From assembly GCA_028286885.1 (NCBI GenBank), contig JAQBQS010000007.1, positions 17,645-81,644 on the forward strand: a DNA stretch of 64,000 nt. Reading direction: 5' to 3'. This document shows positions 1-10,452 of this stretch, piece after piece (position 1 is the stretch's first letter; the number at the start of each line of letters is the position of its first letter). Below the pieces are notes generated by a model. It had not been told where the DNA came from and searched no databases. It saw only the letters and a program-made list of their open reading frames with translations. Both the position numbers and the translations under genes were made by a program. The stretch comes from Patescibacteria group bacterium (lineage in GTDB: Bacteria; Patescibacteriota; Minisyncoccia; Phycocordibacterales; UBA1006).

Positions 1-82
1 TGATGCGAACCAGTCGCCTATTACGCAGCAGCTTACGACATATTCGCCCTATACGCAGGGCAGCGGATCTGCTTCAAACTAA
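1..82 (+). CDS. 3' end of a gene truncated by the window edge
   Basis: Open frame ...DANQSPITQQLTTYSPYTQGSGSASN* ends at TAA 80-82 and is followed by a terminator hairpin. Confidence 0.55.
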   Translation, partial: DANQSPITQQLTTYSPYTQGSGSASN

Positions 83-91
83 TTATTAATT

Positions 92-119
92 AAAAAATCC
101 CCTTCGAAGGGGATTTTTT
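92..119. terminator. Bidirectional intrinsic terminator
   Basis: AAAAAATCCCC-TTCGAA-GGGGATTTTTT. Confidence 0.8.
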
Positions 120-192
120 AATCTGTAAGATTTTGTACTTTGCCCCGTCATCATTAACGGAAACCAAATTTTAATACTTAAAACTAAACAAC

Positions 193-309
193 ATGTCTGA
201 AGCTACACAAGGCAAACTTATCAAAGGTTTTTTAATCATTTCCGTAATCATCATACTTTCAGTCAGCACGGCTGTAGGCATGGGAATAATACCCGCGGCC
301 GCAAATTAA
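193..309 (+). CDS. 38-aa small single-TM protein (not in ORF track)
   Basis: MSEATQGKLIKGFLIISVIIILSVSTAVGMGIIPAAAN*, with an A-rich leader and a hairpin terminator at about 325-357. Confidence 0.55.
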   Translation: MSEATQGKLIKGFLIISVIIILSVSTAVGMGIIPAAAN

Positions 310-357
310 AAGCAGTATGCAACCAAAATCCCGCTTTTTAAAAGTGGGATTTTTATT

Positions 358-828
358 TTATGATTTTACAAATCCGTTTGCAGTTAGCATCCAGCGCTCG
401 TTGTAAATAACTCCGGCTGAATTTTTCTTTCTAATTGTAAACTGATTCCCAGAGACCGAATAATTTTGTGGAACAGTCCCGTCAGGATCTGCTGTATGCT
501 CGAGAATGATAGAAGGTAACGCATAAAACGTGTCTGTATTCTTGTCATACAAGTATGGAGTTCCGCATCCTGTCCCACAACCTACTAGCAGAATTTCATA
601 ATGCCCTGCAAAGTTTGCAGGATTATTTTGTGCAACACTAGAGGCATTGGTTAAGTGGGCATCGCCTTCGATTGGTGCAGCGACAAGTGGATAGGCTTGC
701 GAAGAAGCTGTCGGCGAGACTTGCTGATTAACAGGGGTAGGCGTAGCAACAACCTGCTGATTCAAAGGCACATTCGGCTCGTTCTGCGTGACAATTGGAG
801 CCGCAGAAGGCTTCGGAATAGCAAGCAT
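358..828 (-). CDS. Hypothetical membrane-anchored/secreted protein; true start uncertain
   Basis: P/Q/V-rich linker, then a domain with NFAGHY..GCGTGC. An in-frame TM segment extends upstream to about 900 without an ATG. Confidence 0.65.
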   Translation of the reverse strand: MLAIPKPSAAPIVTQNEPNVPLNQQVVATPTPVNQQVSPTASSQAYPLVAAPIEGDAHLTNASSVAQNNPANFAGHYEILLVGCGTGCGTPYLYDKNTDTFYALPSIILEHTADPDGTVPQNYSVSGNQFTIRKKNSAGVIYNERWMLTANGFVKS

Positions 829-962
829 GATAATGATGACAACCAGAGCAATTGCAATAATTCCAAGGATAACGTTCGTCGTTTTGTTCGTTTGCTTTGG
901 TCAATATTACCACTAAAAAAAAAGCGGCGGAAACCGATGGTTGCCGCCGCTTTTTGTTTGGA

Positions 963-1166
963 CTAAACCTCAATATAAGGCAAGAGTCCCATGAATCGCG
1001 CATACTTGATGGCCGTCGACAATTTTCGCTGGTTCTTCTTGCAAACGCCTGTTCGCTTTGAAGCCATGATCTTTCCTGACGGCGTCAGGAACTTGCGCAA
1101 AATTTCGAGGTCCTTGTAGTCAATATGCTTGATGTTGTTCTGCTTGAAGTAGCACTGAGTTGACAT
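963..1166 (-). CDS. rpsR: 30S ribosomal protein S18
   Basis: IDYKD...GKI...RTG...QRKL..AIK.AR.MGLLPY; lies in the rpsF-ssb-rpsR order. Confidence 0.97.
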   Translation of the reverse strand: MSTQCYFKQNNIKHIDYKDLEILRKFLTPSGKIMASKRTGVCKKNQRKLSTAIKYARFMGLLPYIEV

Positions 1167-1172
1167 AAGGGG

Positions 1173-1652
1173 TTAGAAAGGAATGTCTTCGGGATTGATG
1201 TCGTCTGACGGATATTCAATCGTATCTACGTCCGGAACGTTGTCGTCCTTCGGCTGCGCGCCGCCTGAGGATTCAGGAGCGTGGTATACGCCCGTGCCTC
1301 CCGAGGTAAACGATCCGCCTGTTGCGGGACGAGGACCAAATTGGAATTCCTCTCCGACGATTTCGGTTCGATACCGCTTCTGTCCGTCGGCTCCGTCCCA
1401 CGAGCGAGTCGTGAGTCGGCCTTCGACCAAGAGCGTCGATCCCTTGCGCATGTACTGCGCGATCGTTTCGGCGAGTTTTCCGTAGAATACGATGTTGTGA
1501 TATTCGGCGGCTTCCTGCTTCTTGCCCGCTGCATCCTTCCATGTGCGATTAGTAGCAATTGAAAAGTTGACAACTTTGTTTCCCGAAGGAAGGGCCTTGA
1601 GTTCAGGGTCGCGCGTCAGATTTCCGTAAAGAATTACCTTGTTGATGTACAT
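1173..1652 (-). CDS. ssb: Single-stranded DNA-binding protein
   Basis: NKVILYGNLTRDPE at the N-terminus and an acidic C-terminal tail ending DIPF. Confidence 0.98.
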   Translation of the reverse strand: MYINKVILYGNLTRDPELKALPSGNKVVNFSIATNRTWKDAAGKKQEAAEYHNIVFYGKLAETIAQYMRKGSTLLVEGRLTTRSWDGADGQKRYRTEIVGEEFQFGPRPATGGSFTSGGTGVYHAPESSGGAQPKDDNVPDVDTIEYPSDDINPEDIPF

Positions 1653-1760
1653 AAATGTTAAATAATCGGCTAATTGATGATAATGGCAAATCTTGTTCGT
1701 ACAAGATGCGCACAGTGTACCACCATGGCTGAGAATGCGAAATGGGACTTTAAGTTCCTA

Positions 1761-2303
1761 TTATGCCTCCTTTACCATTTCTTTAATGTCGGCGTCGAGC
1801 TCGGCTTCTACGGCTTCCGGGGCGAGTTCAGCTTCGGGAGCTGCAGCTGGCGCCGCCTCTTCCTTCGCTTCTCCCGTCTCGTCTGACGTCAGAGCTTTTC
1901 GCTCTCCTTTGATCATCTTGCCAAGCGGCTTCTTACCGATAACCGTGTTCTCCCGTGTTGAGAGGATCAAGAGGTATCGGATGATACCGATGTTTGCGTC
2001 CATGAATTCCTTGACGAGGGCGATGCCTTTAGGCTCGATCTCGATCTTCACCCAGCCGAAGTAGGCCTGGTTGAAGCGGACATTTTTGTTGTCGATTACT
2101 CGCGTCATTTCGTACGCAAGGTCGATGAACTCCGGTGCGCCTTCAGAAATGACGGTCGCTCCGAACTTCGCGAGGGTTTCCTTGAGCTCGCTTACGCGGG
2201 TCTCGAGGTCTTCGTCCCGGACCGCTGGTGACAGAAGGTAGCCGATCTCATAGATTCGCGGCTCCAGCGTTTCGGTCGAAGGTGTTACTGTCTTTTTTGC
2301 CAT
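1761..2303 (-). CDS. rpsF: 30S ribosomal protein S6 with acidic C-terminal extension
   Basis: YEIGYLLSP, LAYEM and IIRYLLI motifs; synteny with ssb and rpsR. Confidence 0.92.
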   Translation of the reverse strand: MAKKTVTPSTETLEPRIYEIGYLLSPAVRDEDLETRVSELKETLAKFGATVISEGAPEFIDLAYEMTRVIDNKNVRFNQAYFGWVKIEIEPKGIALVKEFMDANIGIIRYLLILSTRENTVIGKKPLGKMIKGERKALTSDETGEAKEEAAPAAAPEAELAPEAVEAELDADIKEMVKEA

Positions 2304-2389
2304 GTTTATTATTGAAACTTGGTTAAATTGCTAATAAAAACAAGGGTGTTAAACCCTTGTTTGACCGGATGAATATAGCACGGCAGGCT

Positions 2390-3190
2390 CTAAAAGTCCA
2401 GACCGAAAAACGCCTTGGCATTTTCAAGAAGACATGTGCGCACCTCTTCCTCGTCCAATCCTTTGAGCTCTGCGATTCTTTTTGCAACTTCAATCACCAT
2501 CCATGGCTCACAGGGTTTTCCTCGATAAGGTTTAGGCGCGGCAAACGGCGCGTCCGTTTCGATCATGATTTTATCCAAGGGAACGGCTTTGATCATTTCA
2601 TCATACTCATTCGTAAATGTAATTGGTCCATCGACAGATACTGTGTATCCCGCTTCGACAATTTTTTCCATACACTCTCGCGACCCGCTGAAAAAATGAA
2701 AATTCGCCTTACCCGAATAATTACAAGAATTCAAAACTTCAAGCGCATCATAATAGGCATCATCGCTTCCTTTCGATGCGCGGACATGAAGCATCAGCGA
2801 CTTCCCTACTTTTGCCGCAAGCGCGATATGCTTCTTGAAAACATCTTCTTGAATGCTTCGAGATTCGGGAGTATCCTCGTGAAAATAATCGAGTCCTGTT
2901 TCGCCGATCGCAACGACCGCTGGATGCACGGCAAGTTTTTCAAGTTCCTCGCCGTTGTATTCTTCAGCCTCCCCGCCGCACGCATGGCACGGATGAATTC
3001 CTACTGTTGCAAAGCACCATCCTGTATTCTCCTCGGCAATCTTTACCGCATCCCGACTTGTCGCAAGTCCCGTTCCGACCGTAATCGTCGCAACGCCGAG
3101 TTCGCGCATCTTCGCCAAAATCGCCTCCTTGTTTTCGGAGAGCGGAGAGAGATTGAGATGCGAGTGAATGTCGATGTATTTTATTTCCAT
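2390..3190 (-). CDS. tatD: TatD family hydrolase
   Basis: DIHSHL, GIHP, AIGETGLDY, ETDAPF. Confidence 0.95.
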   Translation of the reverse strand: MEIKYIDIHSHLNLSPLSENKEAILAKMRELGVATITVGTGLATSRDAVKIAEENTGWCFATVGIHPCHACGGEAEEYNGEELEKLAVHPAVVAIGETGLDYFHEDTPESRSIQEDVFKKHIALAAKVGKSLMLHVRASKGSDDAYYDALEVLNSCNYSGKANFHFFSGSRECMEKIVEAGYTVSVDGPITFTNEYDEMIKAVPLDKIMIETDAPFAAPKPYRGKPCEPWMVIEVAKRIAELKGLDEEEVRTCLLENAKAFFGLDF

Positions 3191-3260
3191 ATGATATTTT
3201 CATCTTACGCAATTCTAATAACTTTGCAATAAAAAATCCGCAGTTACATGCGGATTCTGA

Positions 3261-3479
3261 TTACCCTGAACTGTCTTCATAGAAACTGTAACAGCACTCA
3301 GTACACTCGATTTTACGATACGTCCTTGAAAAGTTCAAAATCTCTTCAGTTCTTTTATGCCCAAGAGAAATGCATTTTTTAACTTTCTCATGAATGTCAT
3401 CCCTGTTTTCAATAGGCTCTTCGCCTTCTAGATATTGGAAACGTCCTATCGTTTTTCCTTTTCCATCCTTTATATTCAT
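3261..3479 (-). CDS. Orphan hypothetical protein with a C-terminal CxxC
   Basis: AT-rich, with its own TTGACT..TATAAT promoter (about 3505-3531) and an A-rich leader. Confidence 0.6.
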   Translation of the reverse strand: MNIKDGKGKTIGRFQYLEGEEPIENRDDIHEKVKKCISLGHKRTEEILNFSRTYRKIECTECCYSFYEDSSG

Positions 3480-3531
3480 TTTCTCTTAAATTTTCTTGTC
3501 TTTATTATATCAAGAATTTAAAATAAGTCAA

Positions 3532-4200
3532 CTATCTGAGTTCCTTCGCCCAGACGTAGTCTCTCGGAAACAATTTCATCGCGATAAAGAAAATTGTCGG
3601 CACCGCGAAGAGAGCACCTAGAACGTCAATCGAATAATGATAGTGTCCGGCAAGAACGACGAACGCCATCAGGACGCAGCCGAGAAGGAAGAACCAGCGG
3701 ATCGCCTTGTGATCCCAAAACAGGAATGCGACAAGAAGCGGCTGCGCAACATGTCCCGAGAAAAACAAATCCGCGCCCAAGAAATAATGCTGGAAAAGCC
3801 AAGGTATATGCGGCGGAAGAATTTCATCTGTCGGATACCCCAGGTGCGTGAGACATACCGATGCGGATCTCGCCAAGACAAGAAGCGCGCCGGCTTTCAT
3901 CATAAACGGAATCCTGCGCGGATACGCAGCCATTCCGATAATTGTTGCAGCCGCCAAAACCACCGGCCCATAGATGAACAGATAAAATACATTGATCGGA
4001 TGCGTATTGGACAAGATGACATCGCCGATGGGAATCCCCGCATGAGCCGTTGCATAGACGTTTGCAAACGAATCCGTCGCGAGCGAAATCGCAATGAATA
4101 CGACTCCGATGAGGGCCGACGTGATGAATGCATGATCATGCTCAAGCTTTCGCCAAGAATTTCGCCATGCTTGGTATCTTGTTTTGACTGATGATTTCAT
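3532..4200 (-). CDS. PAP2/sphingomyelin-synthase-like membrane protein
   Basis: DLFFSGH and HYHYSIDV motifs; multiple TM segments. Confidence 0.85.
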   Translation of the reverse strand: MKSSVKTRYQAWRNSWRKLEHDHAFITSALIGVVFIAISLATDSFANVYATAHAGIPIGDVILSNTHPINVFYLFIYGPVVLAAATIIGMAAYPRRIPFMMKAGALLVLARSASVCLTHLGYPTDEILPPHIPWLFQHYFLGADLFFSGHVAQPLLVAFLFWDHKAIRWFFLLGCVLMAFVVLAGHYHYSIDVLGALFAVPTIFFIAMKLFPRDYVWAKELR

Positions 4201-4203
4201 ATT

Positions 4204-5652
4204 TTATTCTTTACGCAAGAAGAGGGGCGCTTCCGGCTTTTTCTTTTCCCGCAACAATTGTTCAATTATTTTTGCAGTTTCAGGCATGACGGGCTGCAAG
4301 AGCACCGCAATGCGCGCGAGACCTTGCGCAACATGGCGCAAGTCATCATGGGCTCCTGCCTCGTCTACCTTTACCTTTTTAAAAGGCGCATTCTCGGCGA
4401 TAAAGAGATCAAGGTCGCCGATCTCGTCCCAAATAGCATCAACCGCCTTATTGATTTCAAACGAATCGTAGTTCGGATTTTTGATGTCGGCAAAATTCGG
4501 AAATTCGATTTTGGAAATGTCGACATCGTATGTCACGATCATGTTCATCGTTCGAGAAACAAGATTGCCGAGACCGTTTGCGAGATGCGCATTGTATGCA
4601 TCGAGAAAGCGCGATCGCGTAAACGGCGAATCTTCAAATGAGGAAATTTCCTTCGCAAGGAAAAGGCGAAGCGGCTCGATGCCGAACTCGGAAACGATAT
4701 CCGTTGGGTCGACACCATTGCCGAGAGTCTTTGACATGCGCACCCCCCCTTCGGCAGTAATATGTCCGTTGATAACGATCTGATGCGAATTGGGAAGTCC
4801 CGCCGCCATGAGCATGGCTTGCCACATTGCTGACTGGAAACGCAGGTTGTCCTTGCCGCAGTACTGCGTCGGATTTCCAAGTGTCCAGTATTTCTCAAAG
4901 TTGCCGTCCGTATCCGGCCAGCCAAGCGTCGAAATGTAATTGACCAGTGCGTCGAACCAGACATACATCACTTGCGAGTCGTCATCCGGCACTGGAATGC
5001 CCCACGGCATTTTTTCTTTCTTGCGAGAGATGGAAAAATCCTGCAGCCCCCTTTTGACGAACTCGCGGATTTCGTTGAAGCGGAAATCAGGCACGACAAA
5101 ATTCGGATGCGATTCATAAAATGCCAAAAGCTTTTCAGTAAACGCCGAATACTGGAAGAAATAATTTTCCTCGTCGATAAATTCGATCTCGCGTCCGGGA
5201 TGCAAGGGACACTCGCCATTTACAAGCTCAGAGTCGGTTTTTGTTTCCTCGCAGCCGACGCAGTATTTAGCCTTGTACGTATCCTTGTAAATGAAACCAT
5301 TGTCGCGTACGTGCTTCCAGAAAACTTGTGCGGCGGCTTCGTGTTTCGAATCCGTCGTGCGTACGAAGTGAATCTGATCTATGACGCCGAACTGCGCGAG
5401 CTGATGCTTGAACGTTTCAAATCCCTTGTCAACGAATTCTTGTGCCGAAATTCCGGAAGCCTCGGCCTGCTGGAAAATTTTCAATCCGTGCTCATCTGTT
5501 CCCGTATTGAAAAATACATCATATCCTGAAACCATTTTGGCACGCGCAATAATATCAGCCCGAACAAATTCGAGCGCATGTCCCATGTGCAGCGGTGCGT
5601 TCACGTACGGCAGCGTGGTCGTAATATAAAAAGGTTTCTTGTCCATATTCAT
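4204..5652 (-). CDS. metG: Methionine--tRNA ligase
   Basis: YITTTLPYVN..HMGH, GTDEHG, YVWFDAL, RMSKT. Confidence 0.97.
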   Translation of the reverse strand: MNMDKKPFYITTTLPYVNAPLHMGHALEFVRADIIARAKMVSGYDVFFNTGTDEHGLKIFQQAEASGISAQEFVDKGFETFKHQLAQFGVIDQIHFVRTTDSKHEAAAQVFWKHVRDNGFIYKDTYKAKYCVGCEETKTDSELVNGECPLHPGREIEFIDEENYFFQYSAFTEKLLAFYESHPNFVVPDFRFNEIREFVKRGLQDFSISRKKEKMPWGIPVPDDDSQVMYVWFDALVNYISTLGWPDTDGNFEKYWTLGNPTQYCGKDNLRFQSAMWQAMLMAAGLPNSHQIVINGHITAEGGVRMSKTLGNGVDPTDIVSEFGIEPLRLFLAKEISSFEDSPFTRSRFLDAYNAHLANGLGNLVSRTMNMIVTYDVDISKIEFPNFADIKNPNYDSFEINKAVDAIWDEIGDLDLFIAENAPFKKVKVDEAGAHDDLRHVAQGLARIAVLLQPVMPETAKIIEQLLREKKKPEAPLFLRKE

Positions 5653-5720
5653 GAACTGTACAGTAAAATAAGGTTTTTTTCAAGAAATCAAAAATCCCAC
5701 ATGGGATTCTTGGAAATATA

Positions 5721-6731
5721 TTATGCAGCAGGAAGTTTTTTATGTTTGCCCGTATCGTAGATGAGTTCGAGAATAAGAACCGCAATCGGAATGGCAACAA
5801 GAACACCGATGATTCCGAAGAGTTCAAGACATGCGACGATCGACAAAATGATGACGAGCATCGGCATGCCAATTGTACGGTGCAAGATATACGGCTGGAG
5901 AAGATACGCATCAATATAGTGAAGAACTCCGTAGAAAATGAAGACATAAATCGCGAGCTGAAGTCCGCCTCCGAAATAGGCCAAGATGACCGCTGGCGCG
6001 AGCGCGAGCGCCGTTCCAAACGGAACGAACTCGAACACGAATGCGAGCGCCGAGAGAATCAAGGCGTACGGCACGCCCATCAGGTACAATCCCGCATAAC
6101 TCACCAGTCCAACGAGAATCGCGACGAAAACCTGACCTCCGAACCAATAGCCGATCTTTCGTTCAACACGGTTCCACAAATCGACGACATAATCCTCCTG
6201 CTTGTCAGGGACGACAACACGAAGAAACTGCTCGATTCCCTTTTCCTGAATCGCCAAATAAAATGAAATAATAACGACAAGAATTCCGTTCAATATTCCA
6301 CCGAAGAATCCGGAAAGAGTTCCGACGAAATCGCCTTGTCCCGAAAGCGCACTATTGGTAAAGATCGCCTTGAGCGTCGTACTGTTTAATCCGTTTGCAG
6401 CAACCGGCGAAAGAACTTTCACGAATTCGGAAGATTTTGGAAACAGATTCAAAAAATCGGAAAGCTCTGCGAGGAAGAGCGGAATGATCAGATAGAGAAT
6501 TCCAAAAAGGATCGCAAACCCAAGAATGTAAAAGAAGAAAACGGCAATCGGCCGCGGCACTTTCGCGCGCTTCAAAAGGCGCGTTCCCGCCTCGACGAAC
6601 GACGCGATAATAACCGAGACAAACACGACCATGATGAAGTTGCGCAGCTTCCACGCGACAAAGATTCCGGCAATCATCAAAAGGATTGTCCAAAGGGTCT
6701 TTGCGCTTACGTGAATCGAGACTTTTTCCAT
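5721..6731 (-). CDS. AI-2E family transporter
   Basis: Multi-TM protein with FVPFG, LLQPYI and GIIGVLVAIP patterns. Confidence 0.85.
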   Translation of the reverse strand: MEKVSIHVSAKTLWTILLMIAGIFVAWKLRNFIMVVFVSVIIASFVEAGTRLLKRAKVPRPIAVFFFYILGFAILFGILYLIIPLFLAELSDFLNLFPKSSEFVKVLSPVAANGLNSTTLKAIFTNSALSGQGDFVGTLSGFFGGILNGILVVIISFYLAIQEKGIEQFLRVVVPDKQEDYVVDLWNRVERKIGYWFGGQVFVAILVGLVSYAGLYLMGVPYALILSALAFVFEFVPFGTALALAPAVILAYFGGGLQLAIYVFIFYGVLHYIDAYLLQPYILHRTIGMPMLVIILSIVACLELFGIIGVLVAIPIAVLILELIYDTGKHKKLPAA

Positions 6732-6747
6732 GGGGCAAGTTTATCAC

Positions 6748-8013
6748 CTACGGCTTCAGTGTCAAAGCATTGGAAAAGTCCTGCCCAGCATGCGGACCAA
6801 TCAGCGCCAAATGGATATTTTCAGGCTTCAAATACTTCTTGGCAACACGCAAGATATCAGCTGATGTAACAGCACGAATATCACGTTCGATATCTTTGGG
6901 CATTTTCAAGGGCTGGCGCAAAATCGCCTGATTAGCTACATGAAACGCAATTGCATCCGACGATTCATTTCCCATGTAAATTCCCCCTGTCATAAATTCC
7001 TTGACCTTTGCAAGCTCGGCATCGCCGGCTTTCTTGGTTCTGATTTCATTGATTTCGCCCATGATCGCCGAAATGATTTCCCGAACGCGTTTCGGTTCCG
7101 TTCCGGTCGCAATGCTGAAATCTCCAATATCGTCCGATGACGCCTGTCCCGCGCGAACATAATATCCAGCGCCGAGTTCCTCGCGCAATTTCAAAAACAG
7201 CCGCGATGACATTCCCTGCCCCAGCATTCCTGTCATGACATTGATCGCATCGATATCCGGATGCCCTGCGGAAACAGTTCGAAGTCCTACTACGATATGC
7301 GACTGGTCGGTCTTCTTGTCCTTGATCATGATCTTGGCTCCTGTTGCCGACGTTACTTTTTTCTTGGCAATCACTTTTCCTGTTTGAATCGTTTTGAATG
7401 CTTCCGTCGCCTTTTTGATAACGTCAGTTTCGTCAATATTTCCAACGACAACAATAATTGTTTTTTCAGCAACGTAATGCTTGTCGCGATAATTTTTAAA
7501 ATCCGTCTGCGTAAATTTTCTGATATTTTCCTTGGGACCGAGCACTGTGTAGCCGAGCGGCTGATCACCGAACAGCGACTCGTTGAACAAGTCGCCCACT
7601 CGGCGCACCGGCGTATCCTCATACATGTCGATCTCACCCATGATCACGCCGCGTTCCTTTTCAATTTCCGCCTCCGGAAATGTCGAATTCAAGTAAACAT
7701 CCGACACAACATCGAGAAGATTCGGAAATAATTTTGCACGACCCTTGGCATAGTATCCGGTGTAGTCGTACCACGTGAACGCATTGGTGTCAGCGCCCAT
7801 TGCCTCAAGCTCGTAGGCAATTTCCCGATTCGTGCGCTTTGATGTTCCCTTAAAACACATATGTTCCAAAAAATGCGACAATCCGTTTGTTTCCTTGGTT
7901 TCAAATCGCGTACCGGCTTCTACCATTGCCAAAACGGTAACTGTCGGGTTCTCAGGCATCGCAACGGTAATAATGCGCAAACCATTTTTAAGTGTCTTCA
8001 TTTTTGCTTTCAT
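6748..8013 (-). CDS. M16 family zinc peptidase
   Basis: HFLEHMCFKG (HxxEH), NAFT, SSRLF..LREE.G. Confidence 0.95.
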   Translation of the reverse strand: MKAKMKTLKNGLRIITVAMPENPTVTVLAMVEAGTRFETKETNGLSHFLEHMCFKGTSKRTNREIAYELEAMGADTNAFTWYDYTGYYAKGRAKLFPNLLDVVSDVYLNSTFPEAEIEKERGVIMGEIDMYEDTPVRRVGDLFNESLFGDQPLGYTVLGPKENIRKFTQTDFKNYRDKHYVAEKTIIVVVGNIDETDVIKKATEAFKTIQTGKVIAKKKVTSATGAKIMIKDKKTDQSHIVVGLRTVSAGHPDIDAINVMTGMLGQGMSSRLFLKLREELGAGYYVRAGQASSDDIGDFSIATGTEPKRVREIISAIMGEINEIRTKKAGDAELAKVKEFMTGGIYMGNESSDAIAFHVANQAILRQPLKMPKDIERDIRAVTSADILRVAKKYLKPENIHLALIGPHAGQDFSNALTLKP

Positions 8014-8126
8014 GCGCGGCAGTATATCACCACACCTAATAAATCGGAAAATTTTCCAATTTATTAGGTGTGGTGATATAGCAAAAATTGACCAAGAAAA
8101 AAGCCGGCGAAAGCCGGTTTAAAAAA

Positions 8127-8492
8127 TTATGCGTTGATAAGGCGCCTGACATGCGTATTGAACATTTCGCCTCCCTTTTCGCCGAGGCAAGGAACTCCGG
8201 GCATATCCGGTCCCAATGCTTCCCTGAAGCAATAGAGCGCCGTCGGCATGTCGAATGTTCCGATGTGATCCTTTACCGGTTTGAAATAAGAGTTGAACCT
8301 GATTCCTCCGTCAACGAGAATGTAGTCGTAACGCTTGTTCATTTCTTTCAAAAGGTTCTGTTCTTCGCGGAGTTCGTGAATCACAATGTTTCCTGCAAGG
8401 ACTTCCTTTTCAAGATCAGGATAGATGAAGCCTGTAAGCGATTGGCGCGTATTGATTGACGCGGCAATCAGCAGTATTTTCTTTTTTGCCAT
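8127..8492 (-). CDS. Orphan hypothetical protein
   Basis: Has its own TTGACT promoter (about 8543-8548), an A-rich leader and flanking hairpins. Confidence 0.6.
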   Translation of the reverse strand: MAKKKILLIAASINTRQSLTGFIYPDLEKEVLAGNIVIHELREEQNLLKEMNKRYDYILVDGGIRFNSYFKPVKDHIGTFDMPTALYCFREALGPDMPGVPCLGEKGGEMFNTHVRRLINA

Positions 8493-8571
8493 GGTTATTT
8501 AATTGGGTTTAGTTTGTAATACATTACATTATTTATTTAATAAGTCAAGCAAAAACACCCTTTCGGCGTTT

Positions 8572-9984
8572 TTACATTCTCGCTTCAATATAATTCGCAA
8601 GCTCTGAAATCGCAACTCGTTCCTGGTTTCCAGTATCGCGATCGCGGACAGTTACCATGTCTTTGAAATCAGGATTGATATTCTCGCCTGATCCGATCGT
8701 ATCGAAGTCCACGACGATGCACCACGGCGTTCCGATCTCGTCCTGACGGCGGTAGCGCTTTCCAACGTTTCCGTTGTCATCGTACATGACGTTTCCGAAT
8801 TTCTTTTTCAAGATTGCATATACTTCGCGAGCCTTCTCTTGAAGTTCGGGACGGTTTTTGAGGAGCGGTGAAACGCATGCCTTCACCGGAGCCAGATGCG
8901 GCGCGAGTTTCAAAACGATTCTCGTTTCCCCATCCATTTCTTCCTCCGTATAAGCATTTGCAAGAACTGCCAAAAACAATCGCCCCATTCCCATCGATGT
9001 TTCAAGAATCCATGGGACGAATTTCTGCCCGTTTTCCTGATCCGAATAGTTCAAATCAGTTCCTGAAAACTTCATGTGCTGGGAAAGATCATAATCGCCT
9101 CGGTCATGGATTCCTTCGATCTCGTCGAACCCCGTCGGGAATTCGTATTCAATGTCCCAGGCATCCTTGGCGTAGAATGCGAGACGGTCGTGCTGCTTCC
9201 ATCGCAACTTGCTCTCGTCGATTCCAAGTGAAAGATACCAGTTCCATCGGTCCTGCTTGATCGCCTCATAGGCTTCCTTGTTTTCGTTAGGACGGATGAA
9301 ATACTGTGTGTCAGCCTGTTCGAATTCTCGCGTTCGGAACAAGAAGTTGCGCGGCGAGATTTCATTGCGGAACGCCTTGCCGATCTGCGCAACGCCGAAT
9401 GGAAACTTGGGCTGCATGGAATCCACGATATTCTTGAAGTTGAGATAGATTCCCTGACAGGCCTCGCCTGGCAAATAAGCCGGGCTTGTTCCCTCGGATG
9501 TGAAATCTCCAAGATTCGACGTCACGAGCAAGTTGAACATTTTCACCGGACCGAAATTCATCTTGCCGCATTTTGGACATGCAATCTTGTCGCGGTTCGC
9601 ATCAAACAGCGCCGCGAGTTCGCTCTCGGACATTTTCTCGTCAGCAGTGACGCCGATCTTTTCAAGTTCCTTGTCGACGCGGATGCGCGTATTGCACTCC
9701 TTGCATTCTGCAAGCGGATCCGAAAATCCTCCGACGTGACCGCTGGCTTCCCACACTTTCGGATTCTTGAACATGGCCGAATCGATTCCGAAATAATTTT
9801 CTTTATCTGAAACATTCGCCTTCCACCATGCCTGCTTGAGGTTATTCAAAAGCTCGACGCCACGTGGACCGAAATCGTATACTCCCGCAAATCCGCCGTA
9901 AATTTCCGAACCGGGAAAGACGAAACCCTTGCGCTTCGCAAGAGAGACAATTTTTTCCATCAGGTCCGTTTTTTGTTCTGCCAT
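8572..9984 (-). CDS. glyS: Glycine--tRNA ligase, alpha2 single-chain type
   Basis: SEIYGG, WEASGH, GKAFRNEISP..FLFRTREFEQ, GKRYRRQDEIGTP. Start re-called at MAEQK. Confidence 0.96.
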   Translation of the reverse strand: MAEQKTDLMEKIVSLAKRKGFVFPGSEIYGGFAGVYDFGPRGVELLNNLKQAWWKANVSDKENYFGIDSAMFKNPKVWEASGHVGGFSDPLAECKECNTRIRVDKELEKIGVTADEKMSESELAALFDANRDKIACPKCGKMNFGPVKMFNLLVTSNLGDFTSEGTSPAYLPGEACQGIYLNFKNIVDSMQPKFPFGVAQIGKAFRNEISPRNFLFRTREFEQADTQYFIRPNENKEAYEAIKQDRWNWYLSLGIDESKLRWKQHDRLAFYAKDAWDIEYEFPTGFDEIEGIHDRGDYDLSQHMKFSGTDLNYSDQENGQKFVPWILETSMGMGRLFLAVLANAYTEEEMDGETRIVLKLAPHLAPVKACVSPLLKNRPELQEKAREVYAILKKKFGNVMYDDNGNVGKRYRRQDEIGTPWCIVVDFDTIGSGENINPDFKDMVTVRDRDTGNQERVAISELANYIEARM

Positions 9985-10077
9985 AGTCCGACCACTGTAC
10001 CATAACCGAACGCTCGAATAAAATTTGACAAGATTAAATATAAATGATAATCTCCATTCAAACAACCGAATATACCA

Positions 10078-10422
10078 ATGATAATTCTATTCTTCATCGA
10101 TCGGTTCACGAAAATTCTTGAACTGAAATTGGGTATCCATGGCAAGCCGATGGATCCAAACGACTGGCGACACAGACGCGAGGTGCGGCTTTACATTCAA
10201 AAGCACCATGGAAAGGAAACGCTCGAAAAATTTCTCGCGCATCATGCAGCCGCTGACAAGCACGAGAAAAAGAAAACGATTCACCGCCTCACCATGTCTG
10301 TTGAGGAAAATATTCAGTATCAAGGTCTCAAAAGACAAGCCTTCCACCATCTCGAAAAGAAAGGCGTTGTCCGGCACACCCGACATGACATCAGAACACG
10401 ATTGCATCCAAAAACGGCCTAA
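10078..10422 (+). CDS. Orphan basic, His-rich hypothetical protein
   Basis: TTGACA-17-TAATCT promoter at 10025-10053 and a terminator after the stop. Confidence 0.6.
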   Translation: MIILFFIDRFTKILELKLGIHGKPMDPNDWRHRREVRLYIQKHHGKETLEKFLAHHAAADKHEKKKTIHRLTMSVEENIQYQGLKRQAFHHLEKKGVVRHTRHDIRTRLHPKTA

Positions 10423-10452
10423 GCCGTTTTTTATTGCATGATTATTTAATTC

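Noticed and set aside
898-906. UGA recoding (genetic code 25)
   Set aside because: Long genes contain no in-frame TGA, and TGA ends genes at 24467 and 58988.
2337-2362. Hairpin in the rpsF leader as an attenuator
   Set aside because: It is equally explained as the tatD terminator.
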